The notes beneath the pieces were generated by a model. That model did no database searches, was not told the origin of the DNA, and was given only the letters and a program-made list of their open reading frames with translations. Below, in pieces: positions 9,286-17,817 of a stretch of 64,000 nt of DNA. Positions within the stretch are counted from its first letter, which is position 1. Every line of letters starts with the position of its first letter. Origin of the DNA: a virus; the IMG/VR virus record IMGVR_UViG_3300036818_000070, positions 16,166-80,165 of that record, one strand, 5' to 3'. A program made the translations under genes and the position numbers.

Positions 9286-9711
9286 TTACAGGCGGTAGTA
9301 GTAACTGTCGCCGTCGTACTCGATCAACGTGTAATCGGTCGCCAGTTCGTTGGCTGCACGCTCCCAGTCGATACAGTGGAGTGGCCAGCCTGCCTGTGGG
9401 TCGATCGCGCCGATGTCCTCCGCCAGCTCGCGGGCGTAGTCTTGGAAGCCGCTTTCGGGGATCAGCGTCACCCCGTAGTTGTCCGCCGCCCACTCAAGGT
9501 CGTCGGGTCCCACATCGACGTTGGCGGTCAGTTCGCGGGCCAGCTCGACATACTTCTCAACCTGCTCGGCTTGCTCTGGCTGCGCCAGGAAGCGCTCCGT
9601 GGCATCGCTCAGTTCGCCCAAAGACATACCTTCGGTGTTGGGCACATTGCCCGACATCTCTTGGACGAGTTCGCGCCACTCGCTGGCGAGTTCGCGTAGG
9701 TCGAGCATCAC
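9286..9711 (-). CDS. ArdA-like acidic antirestriction (DNA-mimic) protein
   Basis: FQDYARELAEDIG...IDWERAANELATDY...GDSYY resembles the ArdA C-terminal domain; strongly acidic. Confidence 0.6.
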   Translation of the reverse strand: MMLDLRELASEWRELVQEMSGNVPNTEGMSLGELSDATERFLAQPEQAEQVEKYVELARELTANVDVGPDDLEWAADNYGVTLIPESGFQDYARELAEDIGAIDPQAGWPLHCIDWERAANELATDYTLIEYDGDSYYYRL

Positions 9712-10055
9712 AGTTCGCCTCCGTCGGCGACGGTCGCCCAGTGGTCGTACTCAGCGCGCGCGGAGATGAACACGTCGCGTGCCTCCTGTTCGGAGTCACA
9801 CTCCTGCAAGGTAACGAAGCCCTGCGAATCGGTGCGGACAATCCAGCGTCCGAGGAGCGTGAAGAAGCCGGTAGGCGCTTCCGTCTCGCCTGCGGCGGCG
9901 TCGATCTCGCCATGCAGCTCCAGCTCGCAGATCGCCTCCGCGAGCGCCGGATCGCTACAGCGCTCAAACCGCCCCGGCATGCCGTCAGCGGCACGTTCGA
10001 GGCCATGCTGCTCGGCCATGCTAAGCACGGCGTCGCGCGTGAGTTCGCTGCTCAT
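9708..10055 (-). CDS. Acidic hypothetical protein
   Basis: Motif-preceded ATG; PGRFE...TDSQGFV. Confidence 0.65.
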   Translation of the reverse strand: MSSELTRDAVLSMAEQHGLERAADGMPGRFERCSDPALAEAICELELHGEIDAAAGETEAPTGFFTLLGRWIVRTDSQGFVTLQECDSEQEARDVFISARAEYDHWATVADGGEL

Positions 10056-10059
10056 AGTC

Positions 10060-10069
10060 GCCAGACTCC
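10060..10069 (-). promoter_or_regulatory. Start-associated motif, copy 6
   Basis: AAGGAGTCTGGCGACT-ATG(10055). Confidence 0.75.
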
Positions 10070-10076
10070 TTGTAAG

Positions 10077-10465
10077 TGTTCGCTGCATCATGTCACGGCT
10101 CGGCGCGGAATGCCACGCACTCCGCCCGTCTAAAAGTCGCCAACGAGCGGAGGCACGTGAACCGTGGTCCACGGGCCTCGCTCGCTACCTGCTGCTCTGT
10201 TCGTGGTCGGCGGTGAAGCGTTCACACAGAACCGGGCAACTCTCGACTGATCGCGCCCTAGTGCGGACGTCTAATTGCGAGACTGTGTGCGTTCGCTCCG
10301 GTGCCTATTTGGCCCGGTAGATAGCTCGCGGGCGCCAACGCAGTCTGTTCGCTGCGCTCGCGTCCGCGTGGCTACGCAAGTTCACTGCTGTTCGCTCTGT
10401 TCGTCGTGCGCGAGGCGCACACGAGCGAGCCCGGCCGCGCGAGCCCCCGTGGGCACTCGCGCGGC
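10077..10465 (-). repeat. Non-coding leader with CGAACAG repeats and hairpins
   Basis: CTGTTCG (+ strand) at 10197, 10345, 10388, 10397, variant at 10076; 10-bp hairpin 10434-10465. Confidence 0.55.
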
Positions 10466-10471
10466 GCTTGG

Positions 10472-10759
10472 CTAGGCAGTGAGCGCGTCAAGCTCGGCGC
10501 GTGTGATGACGCCCGCCGCGATAGCAGCGCCGACGGCCGCGAGCGGTAGCGCGGTCTGCGTGCTGCCGTCTTGGACGAGCAGCACGGCCGTGCCGTTCTT
10601 CGCGTGCGCGCCGCGCGTGACGTACGCGGCATCGCTGACGGCCGGGACGAGCGCGCGCGTCGCGTCGCTCGCGGCCGTATACATCGGCGCGCGTCGCGCG
10701 CTTGTGCGGAAGTCCGCGAGAAGGTCGAGCGCGGGCGCGTCAACGGTTTTGGTTGCCAT
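10472..10759 (-). CDS. Small Ala-rich hypothetical protein
   Basis: AGGAG RBS; first gene of the leftward arm. Confidence 0.6.
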   Translation of the reverse strand: MATKTVDAPALDLLADFRTSARRAPMYTAASDATRALVPAVSDAAYVTRGAHAKNGTAVLLVQDGSTQTALPLAAVGAAIAAGVITRAELDALTA

Positions 10760-10777
10760 GCGTGTAGCTCCTAGTCT

Positions 10778-10793
10778 GCGCCACACGTGGCGC
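10778..10793. promoter_or_regulatory. Palindrome GCGCCAC-AC-GTGGCGC, possible operator
   Basis: Perfect 7-bp inverted repeat in the divergent intergenic region. Confidence 0.35.
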
Positions 10794-10991
10794 GTAGTTT
10801 CTGACTCTGCTTAGTCCATGCCGCACGCCTCCAAATTTGTTACAGACAGTTTCCCGTCTGGCGGTAACACTTTGAGCGGTAAGCGGCATGGAATAGGTAC
10901 AGGGCAACTACAGTTGCGCCGTACTCTGCTACAGTGGAACGCAGCGGCCACATACGAGCCGCAAGTAACCACTAGACAGGAGCGCGCCACT

Positions 10992-12056
10992 ATGGCCCGT
11001 AAGTCAGCAATCAGAATCTCTAACGCCGAGATTGCAGCCGTTGAGTATGCGAAAGCAGCGCGGCGCGATCAGTTGGCCGCTGAAAACGGAAAGCAGGGGA
11101 TAGACCTACTGCACCGAATCGCGGCCGAGGATCGGCGCGAGCGACTTGGCCTTATGGCTGAGCGTGACCTTTTGAAGCGCGCAGCGGATGCCGCACGGCT
11201 GGAATTGCGCGGCGCGTCATTTTCGCCCGACGATAGGCAGGATGTAGCCGCGCAGATTGTTGCCGACGTACTGGAGATGATCGGCGGAGGCATGCCGCGC
11301 CACGATGATCGGCGCGTCAGTCTGACGGCGCTGTGTGACCGCGCGAAGACTTTGCGCCGAAGCATTGAGCGCCAGCGCGCCCGCGATGACATCTCGGCGC
11401 AGGATGACGCGAACCGCTATGCGACTAGCGCCGCCGCGCTTGGGATTGATACCGACGAAACGCCCGCCGAGCGCGCCGCGCTGCTGGCGGCCGAATCTGC
11501 GGATGCCGCCGCGCACGCTGCCAGCGCGCTCTGTCGGATGCTCCGGCTAGCGGCCGAGCCCGATAGCGCGGTCTGGTGTCACTTCTATGTGCTGGCGCGC
11601 GGCAAGTCGCCCGAGGATTGCGCCGCCGAGCGCGCCGTCAGTTGGGGCGCGTGGCGCGTGCGGATGTCTCGCGGCGCGAAGCTCATCCGCGCCGCCTACA
11701 GCGCGACCGAGCTAGTGCGTCGTCTCACGCTGGGCGCACAGTGGAGCGCGACAGGCGAACTCATCTACGTGCGCGAGGATCGCAGCGCCGAGGCTGGCAG
11801 CCGTACCCGGATGCTTGCCGACGTCAGCAGCGCGGAACACTGGCGCGACTATCAACCGACAGACTCGCCGATCACGGAGCGCGAGCTACCGAAGTCGGAG
11901 CGCGTCCACCATGTGACCGCACGCAAGCGGCGCGGCAGTGAGGCCGAGCAGGCGCAGCAGCGCGCCGACTCACTGCGGAGGATCGGCGCGCATTACGCCC
12001 GTGAGTCTCGACGCGAACGCTCAGTGGCGCGAACGTCAGCACTCAAAGCAGCCTAA
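10992..12056 (+). CDS. Divergent ECF sigma-factor-like / HTH protein
   Basis: DDRQDVAAQIVADVL (region 2-like) and GKSPEDCAAERAVSWGAWRVRMSRGAKLIR (region 4 HTH-like); AGGAG RBS. Confidence 0.55.
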   Translation: MARKSAIRISNAEIAAVEYAKAARRDQLAAENGKQGIDLLHRIAAEDRRERLGLMAERDLLKRAADAARLELRGASFSPDDRQDVAAQIVADVLEMIGGGMPRHDDRRVSLTALCDRAKTLRRSIERQRARDDISAQDDANRYATSAAALGIDTDETPAERAALLAAESADAAAHAASALCRMLRLAAEPDSAVWCHFYVLARGKSPEDCAAERAVSWGAWRVRMSRGAKLIRAAYSATELVRRLTLGAQWSATGELIYVREDRSAEAGSRTRMLADVSSAEHWRDYQPTDSPITERELPKSERVHHVTARKRRGSEAEQAQQRADSLRRIGAHYARESRRERSVARTSALKAA

Positions 12057-12073
12057 CCCCACACGGTAGGCGA

Positions 12074-12123
12074 GCCGCTCAGTCGAACATGCGTCCAGGA
12101 CGCTAACGGCTGAGCGGCAGTTT
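12074..12123 (+). terminator. Stem-loop after the sigma-like gene
   Basis: GCCGCTCAGTCG/CGGCTGAGCGGC (one G-U) with inner GCGTCC/GGACGC; short T run. Confidence 0.45.
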
Positions 12124-12185
12124 GCCGATAATGATTGAACAGAGCGCGCCACACTGGCCCGCCACGATCACCGGAGGATGCCACT

Positions 12186-12476
12186 ATGGCCACCACCACG
12201 CAGACAATCGAGCAGCTGAGCGCACTGGCCGAGTCAGCCGAGGCACGCGCCGCAATTTTTGCCGAGGATCACGGCACCCACAGCGCCGACGCAAGGGCAG
12301 AACGCGCAGTAGCCAGAACGTACAGGCAGCGCGCGGCCGAGCTAGCCACGTTGCGCCAGCGCGCCGAGGCACGCGAGCGGCTGCACTGCCTGCCCACGCA
12401 GGGCGCGGCGCTCGCGGATAGGATCGCCACACGCAGCCGCGCGCTGGCGGCATGGGACCGGATCGGCTACCGCTAG
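12186..12476 (+). CDS. Hypothetical helical protein
   Basis: GGAGG RBS; start context GCCACTATGGCC identical to that of the 10992 gene. Confidence 0.65.
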   Translation: MATTTQTIEQLSALAESAEARAAIFAEDHGTHSADARAERAVARTYRQRAAELATLRQRAEARERLHCLPTQGAALADRIATRSRALAAWDRIGYR

Positions 12477-12688
12477 CCCACAGGATCGGACACGGCCCAC
12501 GCTGCCCGCCAGCGCGCCGCACACGCGGCCACAGCGGGCAGCGCAACCGCCAGCCCACCACCCACCGGAGCCCGACTCCCACGCTTCCCCAGCAGGCAGT
12601 TACAGCCCAAGGCGAGCGCGGTCGGGACGCGCGCACCGTTGCGTCAAGCAAGCCAGCCCGAAAACCGGGCGCCTCACCCCGATGATTG

Positions 12689-12715
12689 GGTCACACTCCA
12701 CTACGGAGTGTGACC
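12689..12715. repeat. Perfect 11-bp inverted repeat
   Basis: GGTCACACTCC-ACTAC-GGAGTGTGACC. Confidence 0.7.
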
Positions 12716-12989
12716 TAGCCCCCGTTCCGCCAGGGCGAACGTGCGTTCGGCCAAATCGCCTCACCACACCCGCACTCACACCAGCCCCCTTTTGGCGCTT
12801 TGTGGGGAACTCTTACCGGGTAGCGAGAGACTGTGCATAAATCTCCTGAAACTGTTGCCGACCCGCCTATGCCGCTGCTACCCTCTCGCCAACTGTGCGT
12901 GGCAGGTGGACTGGACCGTGGCGTGCGATGCGACCAGGCATCGAGGAAGCGGTCGGCCAAAATCCGGCGCACTGTGTATTGGTGGGGGC

Positions 12990-13285
12990 TGCACGGGCTC
13001 GCGATCCCTCTGCATGGACGCGATCCGATGGCTGTAGGTGCGCGCGGAGCTGGCAGGGATGTCCGGCCCGCGTGCGCTGATCCGACGGCGAAGGCAACAG
13101 TGAACCGGGGCCAGATGGAACTGATCCGGCGGAGATAGAGGCGGAGTCGCTGGGGGGTGTGCTCGTGGCGTGGGACGTCTCGCTCCACACGTAGATCGAA
13201 CACCTACGGGCGCACCCCCCAGCGGACGCCGGAGGAGGGCGTCGCCTCGATCCGGCTCACTGGGCCGTCGTCCCCCGGCCGGGGG
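12990..13285 (+). ncRNA. Candidate structured ncRNA
   Basis: Nested helices including a 21-bp stem 13148-13168/13204-13224 with three G-U pairs; no convincing ORF. Confidence 0.45.
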
Positions 13286-13405
13286 CACAGATACTAGCCA
13301 CGGCGAGTCGAACTCACGTTCGGTCGCCGGGGAGTGCTCACAAGACGACACCCATGTCGGTTACCCGGTGTGGTAGTGTGCCACACGTCTTGGCGGACGA
13401 CTAGC

Positions 13406-13415
13406 GGAGTCTGGC
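13406..13415 (+). promoter_or_regulatory. Start-associated motif, copy 7
   Basis: GGAGTCTGGCTACCCC in the leader of the rightward operon. Confidence 0.55.
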
Positions 13416-13462
13416 TACCCCTGTGGGAGTTCGCCGTGTTCACGCGAACCCCAGGAGGGGAG

Positions 13463-13810
13463 ATGGACCCATTCAAGTACCGCGACAGTGACGGCGACGA
13501 GCTGACACTGGTCGCCACCAGCGGCTTCGCGGAGGTCGTCGTCAACGGCGCGACCGTGCACCTGGCCGTCGCCGACGCCGAAGGCGCCGCAGACTGGCTC
13601 GGCAGCTTCGCGATCCAGCACGCGCCCACCGATCCCAACGCGGAGCCCACTCTCGCCCGGCGCGTCGTTGACGCGTTCAAGCGCTACGACACCGCGCTCG
13701 GGTCGGCGGCAGCCCACGGCGGTGACCGCGCGATCGTCGGCGACGAGCTACGCGCTCTCTCGCTGCTCATCAGCGAGCTAGACACGAGGCTCGGTGAGAT
13801 CGGTGCCTGA
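13463..13810 (+). CDS. Hypothetical protein
   Basis: AGGAGG RBS; first gene of the rightward array. Confidence 0.65.
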   Translation: MDPFKYRDSDGDELTLVATSGFAEVVVNGATVHLAVADAEGAADWLGSFAIQHAPTDPNAEPTLARRVVDAFKRYDTALGSAAAHGGDRAIVGDELRALSLLISELDTRLGEIGA

Positions 13811-14363
13811 TCCCGCCACGTGGTACTGCAAGATCGGCGAGGTTCCGCGCGACAAGCTCCCGGAGGACTCCGACGAGCCGATGCGCGATGCCGTCGCCGC
13901 TGCCTACGAGGAGATGACGGGCGACGAACCTGTGTTCCTGTTTTCCGGCTGGGGTGCGGAGCTGACCGACGAGGAGCGCGCCGTGGTCGAGAACCGCGAC
14001 CCCGGCCTCGCGGAGATCCCCGACTCCGTCACGCAGGCCGACGGCATCTACGTCATGGCCACCCGCTCGGGCGCGATGTGGCTGGAGACGTGGGAGGGCC
14101 AGGTTCGGACGGCGCTCAGCAGCGACGAGCTTACGCACGAACTGTCGCCGACCACCTACGCATTCGGCCCGTTCATCCCGGTGCCGAGTCCGCTGGACAC
14201 GCTCGACGTCTACACGCGCTTCATCGAGGAGGTCGATGCGCTCACGATCAACGCCGAGGACTCGGCGGTCTCTGTCGTCGGCGACCTGACGCGTGCAGTC
14301 AAGCGCGCGCAGCTCGTGCACGAGGGCAAGCTGGACCCGGTCGCGCTGCGGGGTGGTGAGTGA
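13803..14363 (+). CDS. Hypothetical protein
   Basis: Overlapping operon; phage-like codon usage. Confidence 0.7.
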   Translation: MPDPATWYCKIGEVPRDKLPEDSDEPMRDAVAAAYEEMTGDEPVFLFSGWGAELTDEERAVVENRDPGLAEIPDSVTQADGIYVMATRSGAMWLETWEGQVRTALSSDELTHELSPTTYAFGPFIPVPSPLDTLDVYTRFIEEVDALTINAEDSAVSVVGDLTRAVKRAQLVHEGKLDPVALRGGE

Positions 14364-14647
14364 TGGCGGTCAACCTCACACACGCAGAGCGCGAGGTGCT
14401 CAAGAAGTACGTCGAGCTATCCAAGGAGGACCCCGAGGGCTCGTGGAACCCGTACTTCATCGACGTCGCGCAGGCAGCCGGTGGCGACGCTGACCTTGCC
14501 TACTCGATCTGCAAGCGCCTCAAGAAGGCGATGCTGCTCGAACACCACGGCGCCGCCGGGCGGTCACTCGCTGCATCGCCCGGTTACTGGCCGACTGAGG
14601 CTGGCGAGAAGCTGATCGCCGACCTGGAGGGCGACGATGCCCAATAG
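14360..14647 (+). CDS. Winged-HTH-like protein
   Basis: ICKRLKKAMLLE...YWPTEAG. Confidence 0.55.
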   Translation: MMAVNLTHAEREVLKKYVELSKEDPEGSWNPYFIDVAQAAGGDADLAYSICKRLKKAMLLEHHGAAGRSLAASPGYWPTEAGEKLIADLEGDDAQ

Positions 14648-14873
14648 CGCAATCGGCCACAGCCACAACCAGAAACCGGGCGAGTCTCCGTGGGACCTCA
14701 CGATCACTCGCACCGTGACCGTCAAGAGCCCAAGTGGGCGACCGTCGCTGGAGCTAGAAGCCAAAGGCGACGACGTGATGGTCACTGTCCTGCCGCGCAA
14801 CGGCAGCAAGCGCGAGCCGGTGAAGCTCGTCACCCTCCGACAGGCCATCGACGCACTCGGCGGTGACAGATGA
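14637..14873 (+). CDS. Hypothetical protein
   Basis: GGAGG RBS, overlapping operon. Confidence 0.6.
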   Translation: MPNSAIGHSHNQKPGESPWDLTITRTVTVKSPSGRPSLELEAKGDDVMVTVLPRNGSKREPVKLVTLRQAIDALGGDR

Positions 14874-15124
14874 TGGTCGATGTCGGCATGCGGGACGGCC
14901 GCACCACGTTCCGCTTCAAGTCGCGCGCCACGGCGATCGAGATGATGCAGCGCGACCCGCTGACTATGGATGAGTCGATGACGCGGGAGGCGTGGGTGCG
15001 CTGGCATCCGGAGTCGCCGTTCATCCCGGTGCGCATGTGCCACTTCTCGAAGAACAGCATCTCCTACGTCGTACAGGTGCCACCGGAGCAGGCGCAGGCG
15101 TTCCTGGGCGGTGATGGACAGTGA
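14870..15124 (+). CDS. Hypothetical protein
   Basis: ATGA overlap. Confidence 0.6.
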   Translation: MMVDVGMRDGRTTFRFKSRATAIEMMQRDPLTMDESMTREAWVRWHPESPFIPVRMCHFSKNSISYVVQVPPEQAQAFLGGDGQ

Positions 15125-15522
15125 GTCGCGAGATGGAGTACTCCGACGAGGACCGCGACACGCTGCTCCTCAAGGACAGCTCGGACGACCGCGAGCGTGG
15201 GGCAGTGATCTTCGCGATCAACCACACGCAGGCGGTCCACGTCCGCACCGAGGGCGTCGCCGCGATCCACCGGTGGCTCACCGGCTGGCTCTATGGGCGG
15301 GGCGTGCTGCCCAAGCCGCCGGACTCATATGAGCCGGAGGCGATGGACCTGCTCGACACGATCCGCGAGTACGCCGACAGCGATCATGGGTTCACTCCAC
15401 CAGGGGCGTTCCTCAGATGGCGCAAGGTGCTCGACGCAGCGGAGGCGTTGCGGCACGCGATGCTTACGGCTCAACTCAAGCCAGCCACTACGTTCGATGA
15501 GGAGGGCCACCACGATGCCTGA
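15121..15522 (+). CDS. Hypothetical protein
   Basis: GTGA overlap. Confidence 0.6.
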   Translation: MSREMEYSDEDRDTLLLKDSSDDRERGAVIFAINHTQAVHVRTEGVAAIHRWLTGWLYGRGVLPKPPDSYEPEAMDLLDTIREYADSDHGFTPPGAFLRWRKVLDAAEALRHAMLTAQLKPATTFDEEGHHDA

Positions 15523-16216
15523 GTTGCGCAAGCTGTTCGTCACCCGAACCAGACTCGGCGAGCTGGGCGTCTCGGACGAGAACGGCCGCCAGGTCCTCCA
15601 CGAGGTGGGGGGCGTCCAAATCGCCAGCACCGTCGAGGGCGGCGCTGTCGTCGGTCCGCTCATGGAATGGGCCGAGCCCGAGGTCGTGCCCGACGCCATG
15701 AGTGCGTTGCTGTACGAGGTGTGCGCCGAGACCGAGCGCCAGGACAACGCACACGGCGCCTTCAGTGGCACGCGCGTGGGCGTGTCACGTCTCGCGCTCG
15801 CCGTGCTCCAGGACGAGATAGACGAGGCACATGACTGGTGGCGCGCGGAGAAGGGCGGCGCCAGCGGTGGCCCCGACTGGGAGCAGACGCGCCGGGAGGT
15901 CATCCAGGTCGCGGCCGTAGCGTTGCGCGCGCTGCGGGACGTGTTCCACGAGGACGCGCCGACGCGGCCGGACGACACCCGCTCCAGTGGGCTCACCAAG
16001 GCCCGGCAGCTTCTCGGCGAGGCTGAGGCGATCTGTGTCGATCACCAGGACGAGCACAATGACGGTACGGGTGGATACGACATCGTGCTCAACATGGGCA
16101 GCTCGGGTGACCACTGTGTCGCCGAGAGTCTCGACCGGGAGGGCGCGCTCGGCATCGCCCATGCGCTCGACGCCGCGATCGGCGGTGGCGTTTACCTCGA
16201 CGGGGAGCGTCAGTAA
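15515..16216 (+). CDS. MazG-like NTP pyrophosphohydrolase-domain protein
   Basis: LAVLQDEIDEA...REVIQVAAVALRAL. Confidence 0.55.
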   Translation: MPELRKLFVTRTRLGELGVSDENGRQVLHEVGGVQIASTVEGGAVVGPLMEWAEPEVVPDAMSALLYEVCAETERQDNAHGAFSGTRVGVSRLALAVLQDEIDEAHDWWRAEKGGASGGPDWEQTRREVIQVAAVALRALRDVFHEDAPTRPDDTRSSGLTKARQLLGEAEAICVDHQDEHNDGTGGYDIVLNMGSSGDHCVAESLDREGALGIAHALDAAIGGGVYLDGERQ

Positions 16217-16395
16217 TGGTGGTCCTGGCTGGCGACTACGGCGTTCCGTGCCCAAGAGTCGGATGCGATGCGCGCAAGGGCGAGCGGTGCCTGGACATCC
16301 GGGCGAAAAGGTCCGGCGTAGAGCTTCCCAACTGGGAAGCGCACCCCGAGCGACACAAGCTGGCGATCAGGGAGGCGCATACGGATGGACGGTAG
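16216..16395 (+). CDS. 59-aa Zn-finger protein (CPRVGC...C...HPER), not in ORF track
   Basis: TAATG overlap; C-x4-C-x7-C...H pattern. Confidence 0.55.
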   Translation: MVVLAGDYGVPCPRVGCDARKGERCLDIRAKRSGVELPNWEAHPERHKLAIREAHTDGR

Positions 16396-16597
16396 TTCGG
16401 TCATAACAGAGGTGCGGCTGCTCCCGAGTCGGGGCGATGCGTTCGCTCGCTGGCTCAAGGAACAGCGCGACAACCAGAACCGCAACGTGGAACTGGGGCG
16501 CCAGCGCTGGGCCGCGATCGACGGCCTGCTCGACACCTACCGGCTGCATGCCGACACCGGCACGCCGCTAGACCAGGAGGCATGCGAAGGTGGCTGA
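16385..16597 (+). CDS. Hypothetical protein
   Basis: GGAGG RBS. Confidence 0.55.
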   Translation: MDGSSVITEVRLLPSRGDAFARWLKEQRDNQNRNVELGRQRWAAIDGLLDTYRLHADTGTPLDQEACEGG

Positions 16598-17021
16598 CGT
16601 TGTGGTCACAGTGCCGAAGGCGCTCTGGTCAGAGTGGCTCGGCGAGGGCGACCTCGCGTACAGCGAGCATCTCCCAGAGGGACCGTATGGAGCAGTAGTA
16701 CTCAACCCCCCGAGGCCGTGGGAGGGGTTCAACGAGTACGGCTTCAACGTCGGCCATCGCCGTCCGGCGATCGAGCGCGGCGAGCGCCTCTACATCGTCA
16801 GCCACGGTCGGCTGCGGGGGTACTCGCCCGTGGTGGGCGTCGAGCAAACGTTGCGGTTCGGTGGCCGCAACCACGGCAACTGGGCGATCGTCCGGCGCGG
16901 AGATGCGGTAGCCGTCACTGTGCCGTGGGAGATGAGGGGGTTCCAGGGCTACCACTATAGGACGTGGGCTTACAACGATGAGGTCCCGTTTCCCAACTGG
17001 CGCACAGAGGGCGTCATCTGA
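16590..17021 (+). CDS. ASCH/PUA-like protein
   Basis: GERLYIV...G...MRGFQGYHY. Confidence 0.45.
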   Translation: MADVVVTVPKALWSEWLGEGDLAYSEHLPEGPYGAVVLNPPRPWEGFNEYGFNVGHRRPAIERGERLYIVSHGRLRGYSPVVGVEQTLRFGGRNHGNWAIVRRGDAVAVTVPWEMRGFQGYHYRTWAYNDEVPFPNWRTEGVI

Positions 17022-17308
17022 TGGCACGCAGGGCCGACGTACTGCTGGACGAGCTGGTGCTGGCGGAGGCACAGCGCATCACATGGTTCGGTGTGTTGGT
17101 CGCGTTCGGCGGATGGTTCCGGCCATTCCAGATCCGCCACTTTCACGAGGACACGACCGCCGAGGTCAAAGCACTGACACTCGATCAGATCGACTACAGG
17201 CTGCGCAAACTGGCGGCGCGCGGCGAGCTAGAGAAGAAGCCAGGCGAGAAGCTGTACCGCATACCACCAAGGGATGATCCACATGACATTGACACTGACG
17301 CCAACTGA
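17021..17308 (+). CDS. Hypothetical protein (possible wHTH)
   Basis: TGATG overlap; IDYRLRKLAARGELEK. Confidence 0.55.
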   Translation: MARRADVLLDELVLAEAQRITWFGVLVAFGGWFRPFQIRHFHEDTTAEVKALTLDQIDYRLRKLAARGELEKKPGEKLYRIPPRDDPHDIDTDAN

Positions 17309-17633
17309 GACGATGCGAGTCGGTATCGACACGGCGCGCAACGTGATCGACAACCTCGGCCCCGAGGGCGGCGTGTGGGCGATCACGACGTCGATGGCCC
17401 ACTACCCGGAGCCGTCCGACGCACTGCTCATGGTTTGGCTCGCGCACGAGGTGGACGGCCTACGTGACGAGCACTTCGAGAACCTGCCGAACAACTGGCC
17501 CGACCGCTGCGTGAAGATGGCGCAGGCGCTCGGCCACCTGGACGCCGACGGCCGCGCGACCGTGAAGGGCGTGGAGGCGGTGACCGCGTTTATCGACGCG
17601 ACGCACCCCGCCGAAGGGACCAACGACAGTTAG
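17274..17633 (+). CDS. Hypothetical protein
   Basis: Last gene of the array; start uncertain. Confidence 0.55.
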   Translation: MIHMTLTLTPTETMRVGIDTARNVIDNLGPEGGVWAITTSMAHYPEPSDALLMVWLAHEVDGLRDEHFENLPNNWPDRCVKMAQALGHLDADGRATVKGVEAVTAFIDATHPAEGTNDS

Positions 17634-17637
17634 CCGG

Positions 17638-17666
17638 TTGCAGCATCCACCGCCCCACGCTAAGAT
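17638..17666 (+). promoter_or_regulatory. Housekeeping-sigma promoter TTGCAG-N17-TAAGAT
   Basis: Near-consensus hexamers with 17-bp spacing, intergenic. Confidence 0.6.
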
Positions 17667-17671
17667 CGCTA

Positions 17672-17765
17672 GGGGTAGCAACCAGGCTCAACTGGGTACG
17701 TCTCTCTCCGACGGCTCCTTGCGATACGGGGAAACGGCCGCTCTTACCAGGGCGGCCGTTTCTTT
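17672..17765 (+). ncRNA. Candidate ~90-nt small RNA
   Basis: Bounded by promoter and intrinsic terminator; no credible ORF; CTCTCTCC and GGCTCCTTGC tracts. Confidence 0.5.
17732..17765 (+). terminator. Intrinsic terminator
   Basis: AAACGGCCGCTC/GGGCGGCCGTTT then CTTT. Confidence 0.8.
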
Positions 17766-17766
17766 G

Positions 17767-17782
17767 CCCGGCGTAGATTAGG
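17767..17782 (+). promoter_or_regulatory. Putative late promoter CCCGGCGTAGATTAGG, copy 1
   Basis: Identical 16-mer at 22375 and 32662. Confidence 0.7.
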
Positions 17783-17817
17783 TGGGCTAAGCACCCTCTT
17801 CGCTGCAAAGGAGCCCC

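Noticed and set aside
12715-13376. ORFs in the 12.7-13.4 kb region
   Set aside because: No RBS, atypical composition, mutually overlapping; extensive base-pairing explains the region better
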